Shown here in pieces: positions 23,606 through 32,000 of a stretch of 32,000 bases of DNA. Numbering within the stretch: the first letter of the stretch is position 1; every line of letters starts with the position of its first letter. The position numbers and the translations under genes are program-made. Location: positions 1,440,001-1,472,000 of the forward strand of contig OY843585.1 in the NCBI GenBank assembly GCA_963692945.1. Reading direction: 5' to 3'. The notes beneath the pieces are model-generated. The model was given only the letters and a program-made list of their open reading frames with translations. It was not told the origin of the DNA and made no database searches. This DNA is from Bdellovibrionales bacterium. Lineage in GTDB: Bacteria > Bdellovibrionota > Bdellovibrionia > Bdellovibrionales > UBA1609.

Positions 23606-25159
23606 CTAAAATTTATTTCTCTTCAGTCTCAATCCTTTTGAAACAAAGAATGTCTCAAAAAAAGTTATAGAACGATCAAGTGCAATAGCTAAAATAGTGG
23701 CAGGAACAGCACCTAAAAAAATCAACTTAGAATTAACGGTTGCCATACCTCTAAATATGGGCTCCCCTAAACCTCCAGCACCGACTAAAGCAGCTAAAGT
23801 GGCTGTCCCAACAATAATCACAGCAGAAGTTCTTACTCCTGCAATGATAATAGGTAAAGCTAACGGTATCTCTATCTTATTTAGAGTTTGCCATTTTGTA
23901 AGACCTATACCAATAGCCGCTTCAATAGGATTTCTATCTACACTTTTTATACCTTCATAAGTATTACGTATTAAAGGTAAAAGAGAATAAATAAAAAGAG
24001 TAAATATAGCTGGAGCATAACCTATTCCTAAAAAAGGAATAAGAAATCCAAGAAGAGCCAAACTAGGTATTGTTTGAAAAGTATTAACAATGGGAAAAAT
24101 AATTTTGGCTGCCATTTTTTTACGAACCATAAGAATCCCAATGGGTAAAGAACAAAAAAGAGCGATCAATAAGGAAGAAAAGGTAAGTATAAGATGTTCT
24201 ATAAAAATTTTTAACAAATAATCTTTTTTAGAATAGTAATAACTGAATAAATTTTTATGTTCAAAGTTTACTACATTCTCGTCTAATAGTTTTTTTTGAA
24301 TTAAAAAATTCCTTGCAACAACATTGGTTTCATATTTTAACCGATCCACCTTATCGTTCAAACTAATGATTTCTTTTTCATCAATATTATTTTCTAAATC
24401 TTTAAAAGCTTGTTTCATTTTAGGAAATTCTTTAAAAATATTTTTACGAGTTAAATAAGCCGCTTCATAAGCTGGGAAATATTTTTTATCATCTTCAAGT
24501 AATTTTAAATGATAAGATTTGACTCTACCATCTGTAGAGTAAGACATAATCATATCTGCTTTTTTATTCTTTAAAGCAAAATACACTAAACCCGGATCCA
24601 TAGAATACACTTTATCTTCGGAAAAATGAATGTTATAGGATTTTTTAAAATTTTCATACCCGTCATTTCTTGCCATAAATTCATGACCTACAGCAAGAGA
24701 CAAACCTTCCACACGACCTACTAAATCACTCACTTTATAAATATTTTTAAATCTTTCATCATCCGACCGAACAGCTAAAGCATAAGTGTTGTTAAACCCT
24801 AGAGGCAGAGACAAAACCAATTGAAATCTTTTAGCAAATTGTTTTTTAACAATACGATAAATTTTACTAGCACTCTTTTTTTCTGAGAAATTTAAAATCA
24901 TAATATAACCTGTTCCTGTATATTCAGGGTAAACATCTATCTGTTCTGAATTAAGAGCATCAAAAACCAACTTTGTCCCTCCTATATTAAGTTTTCGTGT
25001 TACTTGATAACCATACTTTTCTTCTAAGAGAATGGATAACATTTCACCTAATAAAACATTTTCTGTAAAAATTTTTGAACCGACAACAATGCTTCTAGAT
25101 TCAACTTGAAAATGAAATAAAAGACAAAAAATAAAAAACAGGAGTTTAGAGTTGTTCAT
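23606..25159 (-). CDS. Fused substrate-binding (N-terminal) and permease (C-terminal) component of a glycine betaine/choline-family (QAT) ABC importer
   Basis: The N-terminal half is OpuBC/OpuCC-like (VVGSKIFTENVLLGEM..., DVYPEYTGTG). The C-terminal half is an OpuCB-like permease (FQTIPSLALLGFLIPFLGIG, LPLIRNTYEGIKSVD, EAAIGIGLTKWQ). Confidence 0.85.
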   Translation of the reverse strand: MNNSKLLFFIFCLLFHFQVESRSIVVGSKIFTENVLLGEMLSILLEEKYGYQVTRKLNIGGTKLVFDALNSEQIDVYPEYTGTGYIMILNFSEKKSASKIYRIVKKQFAKRFQLVLSLPLGFNNTYALAVRSDDERFKNIYKVSDLVGRVEGLSLAVGHEFMARNDGYENFKKSYNIHFSEDKVYSMDPGLVYFALKNKKADMIMSYSTDGRVKSYHLKLLEDDKKYFPAYEAAYLTRKNIFKEFPKMKQAFKDLENNIDEKEIISLNDKVDRLKYETNVVARNFLIQKKLLDENVVNFEHKNLFSYYYSKKDYLLKIFIEHLILTFSSLLIALFCSLPIGILMVRKKMAAKIIFPIVNTFQTIPSLALLGFLIPFLGIGYAPAIFTLFIYSLLPLIRNTYEGIKSVDRNPIEAAIGIGLTKWQTLNKIEIPLALPIIIAGVRTSAVIIVGTATLAALVGAGGLGEPIFRGMATVNSKLIFLGAVPATILAIALDRSITFFETFFVSKGLRLKRNKF

Positions 25160-25871
25160 TTAAAAAATCTTCCACGAATTTATTGACTGGCTTATTTTTA
25201 AAATCTAACTCTGTTCCATGTTGAACAATCTTCCCTTTTTTCATCAAAATCACTTGATCTCCTATTTCAAAAGCTTCATTGAGATCATGAGTAACTAATA
25301 AAATGGTTTTTTTTAATTTTTGATTTAAATATAAAAACTCTTTTCTTAAAGAAGAACGTGTAACAGCATCCAAAGCTCCAAAAGGTTCATCCATCAACAA
25401 CACAGGAGGATCTTCCATAAGAGCTCTTGCTATTCCTACCATTTGCTGCTGACCTCCACTCAACTCTACAGGATAACGACTCCTATATTGCTTAGGTTCT
25501 AGTCCGACAAGATTTAACAAATCCTCTGTTCGTTCTTTAATAAATTTTGAATCTCTTTTTAAAACTTTAGATAAAATAGAAATATTTTCTGAAACAGTTA
25601 AATGAGGGAAAAGCCCTGCTTTTTGTATCACATAACCAATTTTTCTTCTCCATTTTACACCGCTCATTCCATGGCTGTTAACACCATTAATTTCTACACT
25701 TCCAGAACTGGGTTCAATCATTTTGTTTATCATTTTTAAAGTTGTTGTCTTACCACAACCACTAGGTCCAATAAGACAAGCCACGCTTCCTGAATTTACA
25801 GAAAAACTCACATCTTCAACAACCATAATATTAGAAGGAAATATTTTTTTTAAATGATTTAAATAAATCAA
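25146..25871 (-). CDS. ABC transporter ATP-binding protein (betaine/QAT family, short form without CBS domains)
   Basis: Walker A GPSGCGKTT, signature LSGGQQQ, Walker B LLMDEPF. It overlaps the downstream permease gene by 14 nt. Confidence 0.9.
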   Translation of the reverse strand: MIYLNHLKKIFPSNIMVVEDVSFSVNSGSVACLIGPSGCGKTTTLKMINKMIEPSSGSVEINGVNSHGMSGVKWRRKIGYVIQKAGLFPHLTVSENISILSKVLKRDSKFIKERTEDLLNLVGLEPKQYRSRYPVELSGGQQQMVGIARALMEDPPVLLMDEPFGALDAVTRSSLRKEFLYLNQKLKKTILLVTHDLNEAFEIGDQVILMKKGKIVQHGTELDFKNKPVNKFVEDFLNEQL

Positions 25872-25880
25872 TGTTCTATA

Positions 25881-27506
25881 TTATAAACCACCAGAAGCAC
25901 CTTCTTTTCTACTCTCATGCCCAGCAGATAAAACACCTTTACGATTTAATGCCACTCCAAAAACTTGCCCCATATAATTCCTATATTCTACTTTATGCCC
26001 TTTCTGTTTTAATTGAAATGCAACCTCTGGACTCATTCTTTTATTTTCTATAAATAAAGTTCTTGGTAAAAATTGATTATGGATACGAGGAGATTGTATA
26101 GATTGATCAATGTCTAAACCATGAGACAAATAACGATAAAGAGTTTGAAGAACAGAGGTAATGATTTTAGGTCCACCTGCACCTCCTAAAGCCATAATCG
26201 TTTTTCCATTTTTTTCTACTATAACAGGAGTCATAGAACTCAAAGGACGTTTACCCCCTTCTACTTTATTGTTTTTACCTTGAACCAAACCATATAAATT
26301 AGATTTATTGAATAAAGTTGTAAAGTCATCCATTTGATTATTTAAAACAATACCATATTTTTTTGTAACTACACCGGAACCATAATATCCATTCAAAGTT
26401 AAAGTCATGGCAACTGCATTCCCTTTACGATCTATCAAAGAAATATGAGTTGTTTCTCCTGATTCTTTAACCTTAGGTAATAGTTTAACTTTATGAGAAG
26501 AAATGGTTTTATTCATATTATTTATCTTGTCTTTAGATAGCCAATCTCTCTCCTTAAAAGAAATAAAATCAGGGTCTCCCATTAAAAATCTTGGTTGAAA
26601 AGCTCGAGCCATAATCTCCCCTAACAAATGAAATTCTTCAACACTGTAAAGAGTTTTTTTATATAATTTTTGTTTCTCTATGAGTTTTAAAGCTCGTGAC
26701 AAGATAACACCTCCTGAACTTGGGAGAGGCATACTATTAACCTTGTAACCACGGTAACGAACAGACAATGGTTTTAACCATCTCACTTTATATTTTTTTA
26801 AATCCTTTCTACTCATAACACCCTTACTATTTTGAACAGCAGCAATAACATCACGACCTAAAACACCATGATAAAAATCTCTAGACTTATTTTTTTTAAC
26901 AAGATACAAAGCCTTAACTAATTTTGGTTGTTTAAAAACATCGCCAGGTTTATAAGCTTTCCCATTTTTAAAAAATATTTTTTTACCAGAAGTATTAAAT
27001 GCTTTTTTAGATTCATGAGTGATATCTGCCCAATCCCCAGAAACAAAGAATCCCTTTTGAGCCAAAACAATAGAGGGTTCAACAAGACGAGACCAAGAAA
27101 GTTTTCCGTATTTTTTATGAAGTTCCTCAAGACCCGCTAAAAAACCTGGAACACCTACAGCCGATCCACCTTTTTGAGAAGATAATTTGCTTTTCGTATA
27201 AAAATCTTCCTTCATCTCATAAGGAGCCATCTCTCTAAAATCTAAAACCTTTATAGAAGAGTTCATCTTAACAAGAGCAAATCCTCCACACCCTAAAGAA
27301 ACATAATAGGGATGAGTAACACTTAAACTGAGAGCACTCGCTACAGCTATATCTATGATATTTCCACCTTGATTATAAATATTTCGGACAATAGAAGGAA
27401 GATAAGGAGAGGGACCAGATATAAGAACTTTTGTCCCCTGAAAAGGAACCCCATAAACAAAAAAGTGTGAAAAAAATAAACTTACATAAACAAAAATTTT
27501 TATCAT
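25881..27506 (-). CDS. ggt: Gamma-glutamyltransferase
   Basis: GETTHISLIDRKGNAVAMTLTLN contains the autocatalytic Thr. Other motifs are GPSPYLP, PSSGG and MDDF. I chose the start at 27504-27506 (MIKIFVYVSLFF signal peptide) with an AGGAG RBS 7 nt upstream. The track start at 27575 is unlikely. Confidence 0.9.
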   Translation of the reverse strand: MIKIFVYVSLFFSHFFVYGVPFQGTKVLISGPSPYLPSIVRNIYNQGGNIIDIAVASALSLSVTHPYYVSLGCGGFALVKMNSSIKVLDFREMAPYEMKEDFYTKSKLSSQKGGSAVGVPGFLAGLEELHKKYGKLSWSRLVEPSIVLAQKGFFVSGDWADITHESKKAFNTSGKKIFFKNGKAYKPGDVFKQPKLVKALYLVKKNKSRDFYHGVLGRDVIAAVQNSKGVMSRKDLKKYKVRWLKPLSVRYRGYKVNSMPLPSSGGVILSRALKLIEKQKLYKKTLYSVEEFHLLGEIMARAFQPRFLMGDPDFISFKERDWLSKDKINNMNKTISSHKVKLLPKVKESGETTHISLIDRKGNAVAMTLTLNGYYGSGVVTKKYGIVLNNQMDDFTTLFNKSNLYGLVQGKNNKVEGGKRPLSSMTPVIVEKNGKTIMALGGAGGPKIITSVLQTLYRYLSHGLDIDQSIQSPRIHNQFLPRTLFIENKRMSPEVAFQLKQKGHKVEYRNYMGQVFGVALNRKGVLSAGHESRKEGASGGL

Positions 27507-27764
27507 AATTACAACTCCTATTTCATTTTTTAAAATTAAACTAACATAATATAAAATAGCTGTCATCATCCACATTCAGCCTAAAAAAAACAACTTTTCT
27601 TTATTTTCATCGTAAAAAACTAAGATCATTTTAAAACTGGAGAAACAAGGATGAAAATTTATAAACTTATTCACTCACTTTCTAAATCTTAACTTGACAA
27701 ATCACAACAAATCTTACAAAAAAAGAAATTAAAGAGTTTAAAAATAGAAAAAAACCATTAAAAT

Positions 27765-28484
27765 ATGTCTCACTCTTCTCAATTACAGGTCAGTAAAACA
27801 AAAAATATCAAATTCCCTAATAAATATGTTAAGAGTTTATACAATGATTTTACAGAGTGGATTTTTGATGAAGAATCAGCCATTCGTTGGAAAGGGAAAT
27901 GGAGGAAAAATGTTTTTCAAATCCCTGAAAATTCTCTACTTCATTTAGAGATTGGTTCTGGAACGGGAATTCATTTCTCTAGATTATGTTCACATCACCC
28001 TAAAGAATACTTTTTAGCTCTAGAATTAAAATACAAACCCCTTATACAAACCATTAAAAAAGTAAGAGATCTGAATTGTTGTAATGGAAAAATCATTCGT
28101 TATGATGCTGCATTATTAGATCATTTATTTGAGAAAAAGGAATTAAACAATATTTACATTCACTTCCCTGATCCTTGGCCTAAAACGAAACATAAAAAAA
28201 ACAGACTCCTAACAAATGAATTCCTACAAAAACTATATCAAACACAAAAAACAAATTCTCTATTAGAATTTAAAACAGATGCTAGAGATTATTTTTTAAA
28301 ATCTATAGAGGTTTTTAAAAACTCTGGTTATAAATTGATAGAATACTCAGAAAACCTGCATGAAAATAAAAAAGAAGATAGAAAATTTTTAGAAACTTTA
28401 TCTCAATTTGAATTTCTTTTTTTCCAAAAAAGAAAACCTATTCATTATGCTTTATTTATAAAAAATAAACCTATTACTTTCTAA
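27765..28484 (+). CDS. trmB: tRNA (guanine46-N7)-methyltransferase
   Basis: LEIGSGTGIHF (SAM motif I) and IHFPDPWPKTKHKKNRL are the TrmB signature. Confidence 0.9.
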   Translation: MSHSSQLQVSKTKNIKFPNKYVKSLYNDFTEWIFDEESAIRWKGKWRKNVFQIPENSLLHLEIGSGTGIHFSRLCSHHPKEYFLALELKYKPLIQTIKKVRDLNCCNGKIIRYDAALLDHLFEKKELNNIYIHFPDPWPKTKHKKNRLLTNEFLQKLYQTQKTNSLLEFKTDARDYFLKSIEVFKNSGYKLIEYSENLHENKKEDRKFLETLSQFEFLFFQKRKPIHYALFIKNKPITF

Positions 28485-28503
28485 ATATATTGACAGGTCA
28501 AGA

Positions 28504-30324
28504 CTAGTCTCTCAGGTCATAAAAAACTCTTAACTCTGAAGAAAAGTATTTCAATACATTGTCTTTATAAAATAAAACCCTACATTTCATGGCTTTGTTT
28601 TCATATAAATAATCCAAAACCAACGGATGAGAAAAAATAAGAGAAAGAGGTATGGATGACCCCAAACGTTCTATATCAAAAAAATCAAGATTCAGATCTG
28701 TTAAAGGTTTATTTTCTTTACCACACTTTAAAGTCATTTTATCAGGATAGGATTGCCAAGACCTTCTATTTGCTAATTGGTTTAAAAAAACCAAATTGAA
28801 ATAACCACCTTGTTCTTCTTGAATATCTGAAAGATTAAGATAGGACCTCTTTTCTTTTGATTTAGAAGATTCCGAGCGATTATCAGTATCCTTATTTTTA
28901 ATAGGATCACCTAAATTCACTCCATAACTGCCAGAATGCCATTTAAAATTATAGGAAATTTTAGGTAAAGTTCTAGTGATTTTTTGATCATCTACATCAT
29001 AACTTTCTAAGGAGATTTCATAGATACACTCCATATCTTTTCTTTCCTTCTTTATATAAAAGGAAGAAAAGATACTATCTTGAATAGGATTTCTTTTCTG
29101 GATATATTTATTTAATCTATTTACAAACTTGTCAAAATAATAAAGTTGAAAAAACCATTGAGGAGTAATACTCATAACTGAAAATTCTTCCGTCAATAAA
29201 AACTGATAATGATTTTCCAAACGATCATCCGAAGTTAACCCACTAGAGCAAGAGCTTTGCACATTAACTTGAACATCTTTATAGTCACTAGAATAAAAAT
29301 CTTTAGGTAAGCCTCTAAATCTTATAGCACTAAATAAATAATTAGAAGGATTCTCTTTACTCATATAAGGTCTGTAACCAAATAACTCTTTTACCGATGT
29401 TAAGGATTTATTGTTATCAATGATTTCATAATTTATTTTACTAATATCTAAAGTCTTTGCTTCTAAACCCAAATTATTAAAATTCACCTGAAACAATTGA
29501 GTCATTCCATGTATAAGACCTAATTTTTCAGAAAAAATACGACAATTTTTTATCCCTCTAGGTAAATTTTCTTGAGAAAAAATATGAAGTAAAAAAGAAT
29601 CTTCTAAATCTTTTAACTGAAACGAAATACCTTTCACAAAATCATTACAAACAAAATGATAACGATCTAGAATCTCAGAATCTTGTTTGATTAAAGAAAT
29701 GGTTTTTGCATCCCCTATCTCTATCGTTGAATAAATATTTAACGAATTATTACCCTTACCTTTAAGAATTAAACCTCTATTTTGATGAGAAGAAATAATA
29801 GGTTGCTGAGACACAATGTAACTAGAGGAATCCCTATCTTCATTCATAAAACTAAAGATGAAAGAGCAAGAAAAAGATTTTTCTTTAGAACTGACTAAAA
29901 CCTCTTCAGGTAGAATCTGTAAAAATGTGAAATGAGACTTATGTTTAAAACTAAAAAACTCCTTAACCGCTTTATCACCAGAGACAGTAGAATTACAGAG
30001 AGATGAAATCTTTACTGTAAAACCCTCCCCTTGCTTCATTCTATTAAAACTAAAAAACTCCACATCTTCTGAACTTTTTGGGAGAAATGGAAAAAAGATT
30101 TGATCGGAGAGATTTAAAACATACTTTGATCTATTAAATTGAGAAAGATTCACCTTTTCATTTGAAGAGTTTAAGAGAATATAAGGTTCTTCTTTATTAG
30201 AATCACTCCCTTCAAGAGTCTCCAATGTATCTTCTGACGAAGAAAACAAAGAGGTGTAAGTTTCTGGATCCATAACAGAACAAGAACAAAACAAAAAAAT
30301 TGAACCTAGTAAAAATATTTTCAT
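28504..30324 (-). CDS. Large lipoprotein of unknown function (606 aa)
   Basis: N-terminus MKIFLLGSIFLFCSC is lipobox-like. It is a long uninterrupted ORF. I recognise no family. Confidence 0.6.
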   Translation of the reverse strand: MKIFLLGSIFLFCSCSVMDPETYTSLFSSSEDTLETLEGSDSNKEEPYILLNSSNEKVNLSQFNRSKYVLNLSDQIFFPFLPKSSEDVEFFSFNRMKQGEGFTVKISSLCNSTVSGDKAVKEFFSFKHKSHFTFLQILPEEVLVSSKEKSFSCSFIFSFMNEDRDSSSYIVSQQPIISSHQNRGLILKGKGNNSLNIYSTIEIGDAKTISLIKQDSEILDRYHFVCNDFVKGISFQLKDLEDSFLLHIFSQENLPRGIKNCRIFSEKLGLIHGMTQLFQVNFNNLGLEAKTLDISKINYEIIDNNKSLTSVKELFGYRPYMSKENPSNYLFSAIRFRGLPKDFYSSDYKDVQVNVQSSCSSGLTSDDRLENHYQFLLTEEFSVMSITPQWFFQLYYFDKFVNRLNKYIQKRNPIQDSIFSSFYIKKERKDMECIYEISLESYDVDDQKITRTLPKISYNFKWHSGSYGVNLGDPIKNKDTDNRSESSKSKEKRSYLNLSDIQEEQGGYFNLVFLNQLANRRSWQSYPDKMTLKCGKENKPLTDLNLDFFDIERLGSSIPLSLIFSHPLVLDYLYENKAMKCRVLFYKDNVLKYFSSELRVFYDLRD

Positions 30325-30498
30325 TAGAACCCCTTTACTTTTTAAACTATGGATATAAACCTTTTTAAAAATTATTTCAATAAGAATAAAGCAAAAAAAA
30401 CACTTACAAAACTCTCTTTAAAAATGGTTCTTTTTAATTTATATGGGTAAATGACGAATAAAAGTTCGGATTTCGTCCTATTCAGTTTTAATTTTTTA

Positions 30499-32000
30499 TT
30501 ATTGTAAATGTTTTGGTATAGATGAAGGAATAGCATTTATAAGTTTTTTAGTGTAAGAGTTTTTAGGAGACCTATAAATCTCTTCGGAATCATTCATTTC
30601 AACAATTTGACCCCGATTCATAACGGCCACATAGTCAGAAATGAATTTTACAACCGTTAAATCATGAGATATAAAAACATAAGTTAAATTTAACTTATCT
30701 TGAAGATCTTTTAAAAGATTTAAAATCTGAGCTTGTATAGAAACATCTAAGGAAGAAACAGATTCATCACAAATAATAAATTCTGGTTGAACAGCAATGG
30801 TTCTAGCAATACATATTCTCTGCCTTTGTCCACCTGAAAATTCATGAGGGTAACGATTTCTCATATTTTTATCCAAACCAACTTGTTTCATAAGTTCTTC
30901 CACCTTGCTGATTCGCTCTTCTTTGTTAGGATAAAGATTATGGATCACCATGGGTTCCATAATAGAAGATCCAATGGTCATTCTAGGATTTAAAGAAGCA
31001 TAAGGGTCTTGAAAAATAATTTGTATTTTTCTTCTCATTGCTTTTAATTGTTTTCTATCTAAACTGGTAATATTTATATTATTATAAACCACTGAACCAC
31101 TGGAAGGCTCTATTAAGCGAAGAACAGCACGTCCCAGAGTTGTTTTCCCACAACCTGATTCTCCTACAAGACCTAAAGTGCTTCCTCTTTCCACTTTAAA
31201 AGACACATCATCAACGGCCTTTACCCAAGAATTAACTTTTCCAAAAAAAGACTTTTCCAACGGAAAATATTTTTTTAAATTTTTAACTTCTAATAAAGTC
31301 TCTCCTTTTGTTTTTTTAATTTCCTTTAAAGGCATCTGTGAAAAGTCTCCTCCTCCTTCTAAAAAATCACTAATCATTGGTAACCGAGACGTTTTTACAT
31401 CTAAAGTGGGACGACAAGCCACTAAACCTTTTGTATAAGGATGCTGAGGTTTGTTAAAAATATCTAAAGTGTTTCCTTTTTCAACAATCTCCCCTTTATA
31501 CATCACTAATACTTTTTTTGTTATTTGAGAGATGATACCTAAATCATGAGATATAAATAACATACTCATTTTCAATTTATCTTGCAGTTCTTGTAATAAA
31601 TCTAAAATCTGTTTTTGAATTGTAACATCCAAAGCCGTTGTAGGCTCATCCGCTATCAATAAATCAGGTTGGCAAGCAATGGCCATAGCAATCATAACTC
31701 TTTGTCTTTGCCCACCACTCATTTCATGAGGATAAGAATCAATTCTTTCAGAAGGTCGGACAATTCCTACCTGATTCAAAAGATCAATGGTTTTTTCTCT
31801 GGCTTCTTTTTTCGTCATATTTTGATGTAAAACCAAAGCCTCTGTGATTTGATAACCAATCGTAAAAACAGGATTCAAGCTGGTCATTGGTTCTTGAAAA
31901 ATCATAGAAATACGATTCCCTCTAACCTTACGAATCTCTCGTTCAGAACATTTAAGTAAGTCTTTCCCATCTAATAAAATTTCACCACCTGTAATTTTGC
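30499..32000 (-). CDS. ABC transporter ATP-binding protein with two fused ATPase domains (oligopeptide/dipeptide-type, YejF/GsiA-like), partial (N-terminus beyond the window end)
   Basis: Two signature/Walker B sets: [12 protein letters not shown]...[11 protein letters not shown] and [12 protein letters not shown]...[11 protein letters not shown] second Walker [10 protein letters not shown], is present. The frame stays open upstream of the track's Met (…[37 protein letters not shown]) to position 32000. Confidence 0.9.
   Translation of the reverse strand, partial: KITGGEILLDGKDLLKCSEREIRKVRGNRISMIFQEPMTSLNPVFTIGYQITEALVLHQNMTKKEAREKTIDLLNQVGIVRPSERIDSYPHEMSGGQRQRVMIAMAIACQPDLLIADEPTTALDVTIQKQILDLLQELQDKLKMSMLFISHDLGIISQITKKVLVMYKGEIVEKGNTLDIFNKPQHPYTKGLVACRPTLDVKTSRLPMISDFLEGGGDFSQMPLKEIKKTKGETLLEVKNLKKYFPLEKSFFGKVNSWVKAVDDVSFKVERGSTLGLVGESGCGKTTLGRAVLRLIEPSSGSVVYNNINITSLDRKQLKAMRRKIQIIFQDPYASLNPRMTIGSSIMEPMVIHNLYPNKEERISKVEELMKQVGLDKNMRNRYPHEFSGGQRQRICIARTIAVQPEFIICDESVSSLDVSIQAQILNLLKDLQDKLNLTYVFISHDLTVVKFISDYVAVMNRGQIVEMNDSEEIYRSPKNSYTKKLINAIPSSIPKHLQ

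Noticed and set aside
27507-27575. Longer N-terminal extension of ggt (track start at 27575)
   Set aside because: The internal ATG at 27506 has an AGGAG RBS at ideal spacing and starts a typical signal peptide.

Overview
This is an AT-rich bacterial chromosomal segment, roughly 30% GC by eye (not computed). Recognisable housekeeping genes are a stand-alone mitochondrial-type EF-G, dcd, a CNNM/CBS transporter, cutA, ggt in an apparent operon with a two-component betaine-family ABC importer, trmB, a duplicated-ATPase peptide-type ABC protein, and tRNA-Lys(UUU) plus tRNA-Glu(UUC). Positions 1-7739 form a block of exported proteins: a signal-peptide cytidine deaminase, a DUF3750 lipoprotein, an ankyrin protein, a NodB deacetylase, a glucosaminidase and small lipoproteins. 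The mitochondrial-type EF-G, exported ankyrins and cell-wall enzymes suggest a Bdellovibrionota/Oligoflexia-like predatory or host-associated bacterium, but this is inference only. Two regions stand out. (1) Positions 7771-10008 are a small accessory islet. It holds a 4.75 x 32-bp tandem repeat array with helically phased ATAGTA motifs, interleaved 30-bp direct repeats, a Cys-rich mini-protein, an HTH protein, an orphan protein and an NTPase gene stub. (2) Positions 10313-16347 are a tightly packed seven-gene operon with start/stop overlaps suggesting translational coupling. It encodes two paralogous minor-pilin-like proteins with Gly/Asp tails, a lipoprotein, a membrane-anchored pentapeptide-repeat protein, an HTTM/gamma-carboxylase-like polytopic membrane protein, a membrane-anchored PQQ-type beta-propeller and a canonical type IV pilin. 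A G9 homopolymer sits in the first gene's 5' coding region and is a likely phase-variation switch. This operon is my best candidate for an undescribed system. No CRISPR array, rRNA, transposase or integrase was seen.
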